From positions 1 through 43,530 of the IMG/VR virus record IMGVR_UViG_2734482773_000003: a stretch of DNA of 43,530 nucleotides. The stretch is one strand, 5' to 3'. Position numbers and translations under genes: made by a program. The stretch is from a virus (taxonomy: Duplodnaviria; Heunggongvirae; Uroviricota; Caudoviricetes). Below are positions 1 through 7,675 of the stretch, in pieces. Positions within the stretch are counted from its first letter, which is position 1, and every line of letters begins with the position of its first letter. The notes beneath the pieces are model-generated. The model was not told where the DNA came from. It saw nothing but the letters and a program-made list of their open reading frames with translations, and did not search any database.

Positions 1-216
1 TTATTGGGTATCCCCTTTAGCAAAGTTGACCTTGTCTTCCCATGACTTGATTTCTGACTCACGCCAGCGCTTCGGATTTCCGGGGATGGTTGGTTTCGGG
101 AATGGGCATGAAAAGCTGGATGGCATACGTGCGGGAGTGCTCCAGAAATAGAGCGTGCTGCGCGATATTTTGTAGCGCGCAAGGATTTCGCTTGTAACCA
201 GGATGCTGTCATTCAT
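1..216 (-). CDS. AlpA-like phage HTH regulator / excisionase-like protein (71 aa)
   Basis: ORF 1..306(-); internal ATG at 216 with GGAG about 7 nt upstream; MNDSILVTSEILARYKISRSTLYFW...KRWRESEIKSWEDK shows the HTH followed by RWxESEI pattern of AlpA/Xis-type regulators; the upstream extension to 306 runs into the IS end hairpin and is unlikely to be coding. Confidence 0.5.
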   Translation of the reverse strand: MNDSILVTSEILARYKISRSTLYFWSTPARMPSSFSCPFPKPTIPGNPKRWRESEIKSWEDKVNFAKGDTQ

Positions 217-219
217 CTG

Positions 220-1520
220 TGATCTCCAGAAAAAGAGCGCCCGGCGCGGGGCCGGGCAAAATGGGGGATAACTGAGCAGTGCTTTCGCACCCAATAGCCA
301 GCTCATAACTGGCTATCAGTTGCTTGACATCCTCCCCGTCCTAAAGGAAGGGGATTCCTACAGCTAGACGGCGATGCCCCGCCGCGAGAATGTTCTTTGC
401 GGCGTTCACGTCGCGGTCATGAGTGGTTCCGCACTCACAACAAGTCCATTCTCTTATTCGCAGGCCTGCTCTACCTTTCGGACTGTTGGCGGAGATAGCC
501 CCGCAACACGAACAAGCTTGGGTGGAATAACTTTCGTTGACCACTTCAAACACCACTGACCGCGCAATCGCTTTATATTCCAGTTGTGTTTTGAGCATGA
601 ACCAGCCAGCGTCCAAAATGCTTTTTGCCATTTTGGTTTTAACCAGTTTCTTACTGCTCGCGTCGCCTACGAATATTGCCGCATGGCTGTTAACCAGCGC
701 CGTGCTGTACTTGTGCAGGGCATCTTTGCGGCGGTTCTTAATTTTGGCGTGTATGGCGCGTACACGGGCTTTTTTGTTTGCACGCTGTGCCTTTCCTAAT
801 GCAGGCTCCAGATCTCGATAGAATCTACCGGCAATCAGCGGATCACCTTCTGACGGGGTGGCGTAGTCTTTCAGCCCTAAATCGATACCCACGGCGGAAG
901 TGGCCGTTGATGGGACAGTTTCGACCTCTACGCAAACATTGAAGTACCAGCGTCCACGGCTGTCTTCTGAAAAGCTTCCAGCACGGAATTTAAATCCTCC
1001 CAAGCCGTAGCTATCCCAGACATTAAAAATCCTGCCAGCGAACCGCACCGCGCCATTTTTCCAGACAGCGCTGCCTATTTTAAACGGCACCCAACCCAAC
1101 GAACGGCGAGATCCCCCACTGACTCGCCAGCGTAAGCGAGAGCGTTTAAATTGCTTCCGTGCCTTGCCGTGAATTGCTGCGATTTCCTGTACGGTATGGC
1201 TGGGGATGGTATACCCGCGCTCTTTTCGCTCTTTAAGGAGCGGTTTCTGAACATCAAACGCCGATAGCCATTGCGGTTTTTGCGCGCCAAAAAAGCCAGC
1301 GTTGCCGTATGCTGCGCTGGTTATCTCGTTTGCCAGATTAAAGATCTGATTGACCTCAAAGGCCATCTGCCGCAAAACGGCTGCGTGCTTGTCTTTAATT
1401 CGGACAGATAGTGTTTTGATCTGAATGTTCATGGTCGTATGTACATATAATGTGTTGATGTTCAGTTGATCGTCGTTATTTGGCGGGATGTCACCCGCCA
1501 CACGGCGATGCGCTGATGCT
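220..1520 (-). mobile_element. TnpB-only IS200/IS605-like insertion sequence (ends approximate)
   Basis: tnpB with no tnpA; subterminal hairpins on both sides of the gene: ggcgggatgtcacccgcc at 1482..1499 (left-end side) and cccggc-gcggg-gccggg at 240..256 (right-end side); exact termini not determined. Confidence 0.45.
341..1432 (-). CDS. tnpB: IS200/IS605-family TnpB (RuvC-like RNA-guided endonuclease), 363 aa
   Basis: ORF 341..1501(-); ATG at 1432 (MNIQIKTLSVRIKDKHA... typical TnpB N-terminus); C-terminal zinc finger CSCCG...CCECG and RuvC-III-like DRDVNAAKNI motif. Confidence 0.8.
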   Translation of the reverse strand: MNIQIKTLSVRIKDKHAAVLRQMAFEVNQIFNLANEITSAAYGNAGFFGAQKPQWLSAFDVQKPLLKERKERGYTIPSHTVQEIAAIHGKARKQFKRSRLRWRVSGGSRRSLGWVPFKIGSAVWKNGAVRFAGRIFNVWDSYGLGGFKFRAGSFSEDSRGRWYFNVCVEVETVPSTATSAVGIDLGLKDYATPSEGDPLIAGRFYRDLEPALGKAQRANKKARVRAIHAKIKNRRKDALHKYSTALVNSHAAIFVGDASSKKLVKTKMAKSILDAGWFMLKTQLEYKAIARSVVFEVVNESYSTQACSCCGAISANSPKGRAGLRIREWTCCECGTTHDRDVNAAKNILAAGHRRLAVGIPFL

Positions 1521-1522
1521 GT

Positions 1523-1864
1523 TTACTTCCGCCAGGCGAAGCTAATTGGCTCCGGCGTAATCCACAGGTGGCGCATGTTCGCCACGTTCACCACATCATA
1601 ATCCCGCGGGTAAATCTCCACGGCATCCCGATCCCCATAGCCAACGGCTGACTTTATCTCCTGCAATGCATCCCAACTGATGCCATCCTTCCACCGGCCA
1701 GAGCTGCCAATGCTGGTGGTGTTCACCGTCAGGCGAATAACACCGTTCTCTTCCTGAAACTCCTGAACAAGAAAGTAAGAGTTAGCCCACACGTTGCTCC
1801 GCTTGGGGCCGTGGCATCGTACCGGCCATTGCGATTCCGGTACCGGCTTGAGTATTCCGATCAC
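1523..1864 (-). CDS. hypothetical phage early protein
   Basis: ORF 1523..1864(-); start is GTG at 1864 with AAGGAG 8 nt upstream; overlaps the upstream gene by 83 nt in another frame, so the start is uncertain (alternative GTG at 1792). Confidence 0.45.
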   Translation of the reverse strand: MIGILKPVPESQWPVRCHGPKRSNVWANSYFLVQEFQEENGVIRLTVNTTSIGSSGRWKDGISWDALQEIKSAVGYGDRDAVEIYPRDYDVVNVANMRHLWITPEPISFAWRK

Positions 1865-2096
1865 GTCTCATGCTCCTTAATTTTTCGATGTGCTTTGCTG
1901 TTTCGATTTCTTCGGCGATCCGCTCAGCCTGTGCTTTGGTCAGCGGCTCGAATTCATGTTGAAAGCGGCCAATGCTGGCGATGCAGGTGCGACCGTTGCG
2001 GATGTAGTGGATTACTTCGTGGGTAGCGCGGAGGATTTTGCAGGACGCGCCGTGGGGATCGGCGTACCAGGTATTAGGCTGGATTATCCTGAACAT
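1782..2096 (-). CDS. hypothetical phage early protein (104 aa)
   Basis: ORF with ATG at 2096 preceded by AAGGTGG 6 nt upstream; co-oriented in the leftward operon. Confidence 0.5.
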   Translation of the reverse strand: MFRIIQPNTWYADPHGASCKILRATHEVIHYIRNGRTCIASIGRFQHEFEPLTKAQAERIAEEIETAKHIEKLRSMRRDRNTQAGTGIAMAGTMPRPQAEQRVG

Positions 2097-2742
2097 TGGG
2101 CACCACCTTAAATTCGATTACCCAGACCCAGGGGTTGGCCTGCCAGTTTTCTTCGCCGTAGATGGACTTCCACAGTTCTTCCCACACCTGAAAGCCATAA
2201 GTAGCAGGGCGGAAGTCGTAAAGACCGCAGCCGATTTCCTTACAGATATCCCCAAGGGTAATGGCCTGCAATCGCTCAACTCGCACTCCGGTAATCTCCA
2301 GAGTTAGACGACTAGCCCAGCGCGGCATGTGAATCGAAGGCGTCCAGCGTATTTCATCAGCCAGCGGCACATTCTCGTAATGAGTTGGAACATGCTCAGG
2401 GTAATCCGCGCGATAAAGTTTCAGGTCCGGCGCGCCAGCACCAGCTTCAGCCCACGTTTCGCGCACCCAGATGCGATCGCCGACGGCACCGAACGGGCAG
2501 GTATAGCCTTCATTCTCATCAGCAACGCCAAATGCATCTTTCTTTGCAGGTTGCAGGTATCCGTTTTTATCGATCACGCCAGGTGTGTACCAGTGTGCGT
2601 TTAAATCCAGATCGTAACCGTTATGCGTTGGGTGGAAACCATCAGACGGCTGAACCTTCATGATGCGCCGCGTCTGCGTCTTTTTGCCGTCGAGGATGGC
2701 GCGCACCATCTCGCCGTTGAAAATCATTCCGCGCTCTTTCAC
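2074..2742 (-). CDS. conserved prophage protein, possible ASCH/PUA-like N-terminal domain
   Basis: ORF 2074..2742(-), GTG start with AGGGGG 5 nt upstream; N-terminal MIFNGEMVRAILDGKKTQTRR resembles the ASCH GxKxxExR-type motif (from memory, weak). Confidence 0.55.
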   Translation of the reverse strand: MKERGMIFNGEMVRAILDGKKTQTRRIMKVQPSDGFHPTHNGYDLDLNAHWYTPGVIDKNGYLQPAKKDAFGVADENEGYTCPFGAVGDRIWVRETWAEAGAGAPDLKLYRADYPEHVPTHYENVPLADEIRWTPSIHMPRWASRLTLEITGVRVERLQAITLGDICKEIGCGLYDFRPATYGFQVWEELWKSIYGEENWQANPWVWVIEFKVVPNVQDNPA

Positions 2743-2957
2743 TGCAACCCCCTTTGCTTATTCTTCAGCTCGATGACGGATTGGCACTCTGCACACGTCT
2801 GGCAGCCGGGAACGGCAGCGCGCCGCGGTTCGGGAATTGGTTCGTCGCATTCTTCGCAATGCTCCGCTGAAACGGCATTACGGTCGATGCGGTGAGCGGA
2901 AAGGGCAGCGTTACGCTGAAGCTCTTCAATCTCTGCTGCGGTATCGATGATGTCCAT
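2739..2957 (-). CDS. TraR/DksA-family C4 zinc-finger protein
   Basis: ORF 2739..2963(-); ATG at 2957 with GGGAG upstream; CEECDEPIPEPRRAAVPGCQTCAECQ is the C4 zinc finger of phage TraR/DksA-like proteins. Confidence 0.65.
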   Translation of the reverse strand: MDIIDTAAEIEELQRNAALSAHRIDRNAVSAEHCEECDEPIPEPRRAAVPGCQTCAECQSVIELKNKQRGLQ

Positions 2958-3010
2958 GGTCAATGCTCCCGGAACTGTCGGTTAATTCGGTTGAAGGTGA
3001 ACGCCAGCAA

Positions 3011-3036
3011 TAAAAAAGGAGCTTTAAGCTCCCGGG
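3011..3036 (-). terminator. intrinsic terminator inside the leftward operon
   Basis: hairpin ggagc-tttaa-gctcc (3018..3032) followed on the minus strand by a U6 run (A-run 3012..3017 on plus); lies just downstream of the exonuclease gene. Confidence 0.5.
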
Positions 3037-3048
3037 TGATGAGTGCCT

Positions 3049-3666
3049 TCATGCTGCACGCTCTGTGATTTTCTGAATTTCAGATTCCAGATCTGCAAGG
3101 AAGGTCTTAACCTCAGACTCGATTTCGCGCGCCAGCTCTTCATCGAAATGAATACGCTTCTTGAAATAGGCGAGGTCAGGCGGCAGGCGATCATCGAAAC
3201 TAACGAAATCACACCATTTCCGCCCGGTGCACATCATCTGTGCATGCATTTGCAGCATGTACTGGCGCTTTGGTTCACCGGTTTTCAGCGTTTCGATATG
3301 GGTCCAGGTATTGGGGCATTTGATTTCGATAAGCCCGTCGTCGTTTACAAGTCCGTCCGGGCTGGCTGCGAATCCGGGTATGGTTGGGTGATCGATGAGT
3401 CCAACTTCAGTGATTTCCGCATTGAACTCATTCAGCGCGTACATTTCGCGTGCCACTGGCTCAAGTTCAGTGCCGCGCATCATCGCGGCATTCGAAAACC
3501 CTTCCTCCAGCTTCCCGGTCAGCCGTTGGCAAATCAGCTCGGCCATGTAGTTCTGGCGGCTGGTGGAGTAGCCCGACTTAGTCCGGGCCATGACATCAGC
3601 CAGGCGACTGGCTGTGACCTTGCCGCAGCGCGCAGCAAACCATTCAGGGGTGCGTTGCTCTATCAT
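3049..3666 (-). CDS. YqaJ-like phage exonuclease (lambda Exo-type recombination nuclease)
   Basis: 205-aa ORF, ATG at 3666 with GGAGG upstream; MIEQRTPEWFAARCGKVTASR...IEIKCP matches YqaJ/viral recombinase-exonuclease motifs; adjacent to recT. Confidence 0.8.
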   Translation of the reverse strand: MIEQRTPEWFAARCGKVTASRLADVMARTKSGYSTSRQNYMAELICQRLTGKLEEGFSNAAMMRGTELEPVAREMYALNEFNAEITEVGLIDHPTIPGFAASPDGLVNDDGLIEIKCPNTWTHIETLKTGEPKRQYMLQMHAQMMCTGRKWCDFVSFDDRLPPDLAYFKKRIHFDEELAREIESEVKTFLADLESEIQKITERAA

Positions 3667-4409
3667 TCAGCCTCCGTCTCTGCGACATTGACAGGTTCGG
3701 CGTTGTCGACAGCAAGACTCATGTCATACATGCGTCGTTTCTCAACTGCGCCGATCACCTGCTTCTCTTCGGCGCTCAGCGCCACCCAGAACTCCTGATA
3801 CTTAACGGTTCCAAGGCGCGCGGCGGACTCACCTTTTGCGATCAGTTCCGGGCGGCGGCTATCTGATTCATGGCCCGCATGAACCTCTGCCGTTGTTCCT
3901 TCAATTACTCGCTCTGCCTCGTCCTGGTCGAAGATGCCAGCGAAACCAAAGGCCAGACGCGCGCACTGGATCAGCGTCTTGTGGCGAAGCATGCGGGTAG
4001 GGTGGGACTGCCATGGCTGAGTGTTGCGTTTGCACTCTCCCATGTACTCGGTGACGATGGTCGGGTGCTTACGGTCTTTGCGGTAAATCTTGCAGGTACA
4101 CGCGCCTTCCTCCTTGTCGTAAGAGAACTCCATGCCGTCAAACTGAGGATGCTCGTTGATAATGCGAGCCCATCCATCAACGCCGACGACCGGGACAATC
4201 CCGCCTTTATCTGGGAATGCGTAAATCTCTTTGGTCCATGGGTTCAGGCCGTACTGGTTGGCGACGATCAACAGGGCTGTAAACTGCTCGTCCGTGACGT
4301 TGCCACCTTTGAACGCTGTATTCTTCAGCGTATTCATCAGGTCTGTACCGGCATCCATGCCGAGGCGTGCGGCCAGTTTCCCGGCCATGGTGGAAAGTGC
4401 AGTACTCAT
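3663..4409 (-). CDS. recT: RecT-family single-strand annealing recombinase
   Basis: ORF 3663..4424(-); ATG at 4409 with GAGGGA 7 nt upstream (ORF-table start is TTG); sequence such as TALLIVANQYGLNPWTKEIYAF is RecT-like; paired with the YqaJ exonuclease. Confidence 0.8.
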   Translation of the reverse strand: MSTALSTMAGKLAARLGMDAGTDLMNTLKNTAFKGGNVTDEQFTALLIVANQYGLNPWTKEIYAFPDKGGIVPVVGVDGWARIINEHPQFDGMEFSYDKEEGACTCKIYRKDRKHPTIVTEYMGECKRNTQPWQSHPTRMLRHKTLIQCARLAFGFAGIFDQDEAERVIEGTTAEVHAGHESDSRRPELIAKGESAARLGTVKYQEFWVALSAEEKQVIGAVEKRRMYDMSLAVDNAEPVNVAETEAE

Positions 4410-4427
4410 TGTTAAATCCCTCAAAAA

Positions 4428-4712
4428 TTAAAACGGGCAGCCGGTACGGTGTTCCCAGTCGTATTCCGCCTGGGCGTAAGCAACTACCGAAATGAAATCG
4501 TTGTAGGCCTCGCCAGCTTTATCGCTGCGAAGCCCTTCGTATGGGCTGGAGTCTATCGGGATCGTGAAGTGGAAGAGGCCGGACGGCTCTTTAGGCATCA
4601 TGTCGATGATTTTCTGCGCCCGGTCGTCGATCCACTTCTCTTTCTCGTCGGTGATCTGCTGCTCAGCCCAGCGCCGATCTTCGATGCGGTCGTAAGTGAG
4701 GTATGCGTTCAT
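4428..4712 (-). CDS. hypothetical phage protein (94 aa)
   Basis: ORF with ATG at 4712 and GAGG upstream; tightly packed in the leftward operon. Confidence 0.5.
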   Translation of the reverse strand: MNAYLTYDRIEDRRWAEQQITDEKEKWIDDRAQKIIDMMPKEPSGLFHFTIPIDSSPYEGLRSDKAGEAYNDFISVVAYAQAEYDWEHRTGCPF

Positions 4713-4719
4713 GGTTGCC

Positions 4720-5691
4720 TCAGTAATGAATTTTCGCGCAGGGGATCAGGTCATCTTTCAGAGCGGTAAGCACTTCGATAGCCTGCTCGCGGGTTAAGCT
4801 GGTTTGGCTGGTGAGCGCGTTAACGATGTTGGTGCCGACCGTCTTGCGGTGCTTAACGTCAGCTTCACGCTTTGCCTGCTCATCGGCGAGGCGCTTCTCT
4901 TCGGCCAGGCGGGCATCTTCGGCCTGTTTGGCCTTCAGGCGCTCGGCTTCAACCGCCGCGGCTTTTTCGCGTTCCGCCCGGGCTTCCGCTTCCTGCTTCT
5001 CGCGAGCTGCACGCTGTTCCGCTTCGACGCGCTGGCGCTCCGCCAGTTCAGCGCGGGCTTTCTCTTCGGCTTCACGGCGCGCTGCGGCTTCAATCTCCGC
5101 TTTGTGCTTCGCTTCGGCATCGCGGCGGGCTTGTTCTGCCGCTTCCTGTTTCAGCCGCTCATCACGTTCACGCTGAGCCTGTTCCGCCAGACGGCGCTGC
5201 TCTTCGCGGTCACGGTCAAAATCCTTGTTCATCAGTAGAGCCATTTCGTGGTCCGCTTCGAACTTGGCAGCCAGTTCCTGATCGAACCTGATGTTCATCT
5301 CCAGCGCTTCGGCGTGCATCGCGTTCATGGCTTCTTCAGCCTTAATGCGTTCCTGCTCGGCTTCCCATTCGGTGAGTGGGCGGCGGGTCGCATCGCGCAG
5401 CTCGTCGCAGGCATCAACGAATCGCTTAATTTCGGCCTCAGCCGGACGCACAGCCTCTTTCAGGCGCTTCAGGTACTCACGGCCCGGCTTTTCGATTGCC
5501 GTCTTGCTGCGGGACACCTGCGCTGCCAGAGAGGCAACACGGTCACGGCCTTTCTTCGTGGACAGGTCCGGCACTTCGTTTACAGCCTGGCGGATTTGCT
5601 CAAGGTACGCGTCAAGGCCGCCCGCTACGTAAAGCACTGGGGCCTGTTCCGGCTTGATTTCGATGACAGTTAAGTCCGTTACTTCGCTCAT
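4720..5691 (-). CDS. phage protein with long charged E/R/K/A-rich coiled-coil segment
   Basis: ORF 4720..5805(-); ATG at 5691 with GGAG upstream; central roughly 150 aa is highly repetitive (EAEARAEREKAAAVEAERLKAKQAE...). Confidence 0.55.
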   Translation of the reverse strand: MSEVTDLTVIEIKPEQAPVLYVAGGLDAYLEQIRQAVNEVPDLSTKKGRDRVASLAAQVSRSKTAIEKPGREYLKRLKEAVRPAEAEIKRFVDACDELRDATRRPLTEWEAEQERIKAEEAMNAMHAEALEMNIRFDQELAAKFEADHEMALLMNKDFDRDREEQRRLAEQAQRERDERLKQEAAEQARRDAEAKHKAEIEAAARREAEEKARAELAERQRVEAEQRAAREKQEAEARAEREKAAAVEAERLKAKQAEDARLAEEKRLADEQAKREADVKHRKTVGTNIVNALTSQTSLTREQAIEVLTALKDDLIPCAKIHY

Positions 5692-5761
5692 GGTTTCTCC
5701 TGAAATTTGGATGTGCAGATCCCGCCCGCGTAATGCCAGGCCGAACGGTTGAATAGGGTGG

Positions 5762-5971
5762 TTAGTGCTGGATAGGGTTGCCGTGACCGTCAAGAAGGAC
5801 GTCAATCACGCAGTCACTGAGTCGGATTATTTCTGCGTCAGTGTGCAGGTATACCCATTTGCGCTCCTGAATGACTGCTGAGACGCGATATGTGCGGCCT
5901 TCATGCAATGCCATCATGCCGGGCGTGACGCACTGGCGAATGAGCGGGGTGGTGTCGTAGTGGTTGATCAT
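5762..5971 (-). CDS. hypothetical small phage protein (69 aa)
   Basis: ATG at 5971 with GAGGTGAAGG upstream; ATGA overlap with the stop of the upstream gene. Confidence 0.45.
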   Translation of the reverse strand: MINHYDTTPLIRQCVTPGMMALHEGRTYRVSAVIQERKWVYLHTDAEIIRLSDCVIDVLLDGHGNPIQH

Positions 5972-6126
5972 GCCTTCACCTCAACCTGTTCCAGGAGGCC
6001 AGCCAGCTTCATATGCCAGCGGTTCATCGTCAGCTTTTCACGCGGGTTAGATACCGACGTCAGCTGCCACTCGTTATCGTTGAGCTTTTTGGCGGTGTAC
6101 TGCTTGCCGTTGTGGGTGACTGTCAT
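5968..6126 (-). CDS. hypothetical small phage protein (52 aa)
   Basis: ORF 5968..6168(-); internal ATG at 6126 with AAGGTGG 6 nt upstream; start adjacent to the stop of the upstream gene. Confidence 0.4.
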   Translation of the reverse strand: MTVTHNGKQYTAKKLNDNEWQLTSVSNPREKLTMNRWHMKLAGLLEQVEVKA

Positions 6127-6127
6127 C

Positions 6128-6337
6128 TCACACCACCTTGAATAAGAACCAGCCCATACCGCACACAATCAGGCCCACAATGGTTATTGCGGAAGACATG
6201 CGTACATGGTCAATGGCTAGTTTTGAAAGTGGCTGGCGATGTTCTTTTTTCGTCAGCGAGTTGATTGCTATGCCGAGCAGAAACGTCCCGACAAACCATA
6301 ATGCGTATATCTTTAAGCCCAACTCCAAATCACTCAT
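6128..6337 (-). CDS. small hydrophobic membrane protein (69 aa)
   Basis: ATG at 6337 with AGAGGA upstream; two predicted transmembrane stretches (LKIYALWFVGTFLLGIAI ... AITIVGLIVCGMGWFLF). Confidence 0.45.
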   Translation of the reverse strand: MSDLELGLKIYALWFVGTFLLGIAINSLTKKEHRQPLSKLAIDHVRMSSAITIVGLIVCGMGWFLFKVV

Positions 6338-6470
6338 AAATCCTCTTGGCCTTATCGCGGCGAACGGAACGGTTAATACAAGACTTCAACGCATTTATTC
6401 AGTGTTTCAATGGGCGGTGGATGGCCGCCGGTTGTCATAACTTGAGCCACTCGTAAATGACTCCAGGTAT

Positions 6471-6494
6471 GAAAAAGCCGCTGGTTAGGCGGCT
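6471..6494 (-). terminator. intrinsic terminator (minus strand)
   Basis: hairpin agccgc-tggttag-gcggct 6476..6494 followed on the minus strand by a U-run (A-run 6472..6476 on plus); overlaps the stop of the upstream gene. Confidence 0.45.
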
Positions 6495-6789
6495 ATTGAG
6501 GTTCGCGCGGCTTGTGGTCGAATCGGTGCCACCCGTCAGTTAATTCAAATGGAGCATAACTTTCCCGGCGCTCAGCGAACCCAAGCTCAACAGACAGAGC
6601 GTGCAGCTCATGCCGACGCTTAATCTGTTCCATCGCAATCCAGTCAGCATCGGCATTGCGCTTTTGAGCTTGCTTCGGCGACAGGTCTAAACTGTTTATT
6701 TCACTTAGTTTCTGCTGACGCTTGATGTCCTGTTTCATATTGCGAAGCGCATTTATCATTGAGTCGATGCGCTTGATGTCGTCGATCAT
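6493..6789 (-). CDS. hypothetical phage protein (98 aa)
   Basis: ORF 6493..6885(-); ATG at 6789 (MIDDIKRIDSMINALRNMKQ...); position corresponds to the kil/cIII region of lambdoid phages, but no sequence-based assignment. Confidence 0.45.
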   Translation of the reverse strand: MIDDIKRIDSMINALRNMKQDIKRQQKLSEINSLDLSPKQAQKRNADADWIAMEQIKRRHELHALSVELGFAERRESYAPFELTDGWHRFDHKPREPQ

Positions 6790-6978
6790 CCCCTTACCCT
6801 CTGTCGTTACCCGCTGATGCGGGAGAAATGCTTTGTGGTGCAGCGCCGGGTGCTTATCTTCCGGTTGCCGTCGATGCAGCTGCAATTCACTGCACTACAA
6901 AACATTCCAGTTATTGCCGGGGTATTTATCCGCGCCCGGCGCGCGCTTTCCCGCTATTCCCCAACAGCAAGAAATCGC

Positions 6979-7320
6979 TTACTCTTTAAGCTCCCCAACA
7001 GTAGAAAGGATATGTTCATGCAAACCATGCGGACCGTGTGCCCTGACTGCGGAAGTGAGATGTTCAACCAGCCCGATGATTTTGACTTTGAGACAAATTT
7101 CACCGGCGTCAGTTGTGCTGACTGTGGTCGCGAAATCACTAAGGACGATGTTGTCAATCAGGCCACGGACACGGTCAAAAAACAGATCGACGACATGCTC
7201 AGGAATTCCCTGAAAGGAGCTGGCTGGAAGTTCAAGTAACTTTAAAAGCTCCCCGGTCTGGGTAAGCACTTCGCTGGCGTCTACATTGAGCAGTAGTGGC
7301 GCCATTTTTTTATCTGACAT
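6979..7320 (-). CDS. hypothetical protein, first gene downstream of the pL-type region (113 aa)
   Basis: ATG at 7320 with GAGGGG 5 nt upstream; acidic protein, not arginine-rich like lambda N; overlaps antisense with the zinc-ribbon ORF 7018..7239(+). Confidence 0.35.
   Translation of the reverse strand: MSDKKMAPLLLNVDASEVLTQTGELLKLLELPASSFQGIPEHVVDLFFDRVRGLIDNIVLSDFATTVSTTDAGEICLKVKIIGLVEHLTSAVRAHGPHGLHEHILSTVGELKE
7018..7239 (+). CDS. small zinc-ribbon protein (74 aa), oppositely oriented in the leftward operon
   Basis: ATG at 7018 with AAGGA 7 nt upstream; CPDCG...(22 aa)...CADCG double CxxC motif; overlaps antisense with 6979..7320(-), so the two calls compete. Confidence 0.4.
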   Translation: MQTMRTVCPDCGSEMFNQPDDFDFETNFTGVSCADCGREITKDDVVNQATDTVKKQIDDMLRNSLKGAGWKFK

Positions 7321-7515
7321 ATACACCCCTCTGATTGTTTACCGTCAGCCCCTCGCAAAGAGCTGCTGGTAAATCGTTTAGCCATAATTGCCGCTCTTCC
7401 TGAGCCCGCCTATGGTCCGACGCATGGTTTACTGTCGCGCCGTTCGACTGACCGAATCTCCACTTCGCCGCTGGCTAACTTCGCTCAGCTGTCGATGTTT
7501 CGTTTCGATGGGGTG

Positions 7516-7560
7516 AATTTAGCGTGATGCTAAATTATGCGCAATAGCAAAATGCTAAAT
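7516..7560. promoter_or_regulatory. OL-type repressor operators (pL region)
   Basis: perfect palindrome aatttagc-gtgat-gctaaatt at 7516..7536 and tagca-aaa-tgcta at 7545..7557 (within 7544..7560); same TTTAGC/GCTAAA half-site as in the cI-cro intergenic region. Confidence 0.55.
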
Positions 7561-7630
7561 TGTTGAATGGTTTTATTTAGCGTATTGATTAATAAGCGAT
7601 TAAAAATTTACAGCGAAGGAATTCGGGACG

Positions 7631-7656
7631 TAAAAAAGCCCGCGCGATGGCGGGCT
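7631..7656 (-). terminator. intrinsic terminator downstream of the repressor gene
   Basis: hairpin agcccgc-gcgatg-gcgggct 7637..7656 followed on the minus strand by U6 (A-run 7632..7637 on plus). Confidence 0.55.
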
Positions 7657-7675
7657 TGAGGGGTTTTGCGTGAGG

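Noticed and set aside
217-306. N-terminal extension of the AlpA-like ORF to position 306
   Set aside because: The extension has no ribosome-binding site and overlaps the IS right-end hairpin; the internal ATG at 216 with a GGAG motif is the more plausible start.
3043-3798. 251-aa plus-strand ORF spanning the exonuclease/recT region
   Set aside because: Antisense to two well-supported recombination genes, low-complexity translation, no ribosome-binding site; judged a shadow ORF.
4804-5291. Several Ala/Arg/Ser-rich plus-strand ORFs (up to 144 aa)
   Set aside because: Alternate-frame and antisense readings of the GC-rich repetitive coiled-coil coding segment of the 4720..5691 gene.
6979-7320. 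Assignment of the first leftward gene as a lambda N homologue
   Set aside because: The protein is acidic with no arginine-rich N-terminal motif and no nut-like site was identified; the position is N-like but the sequence is not.
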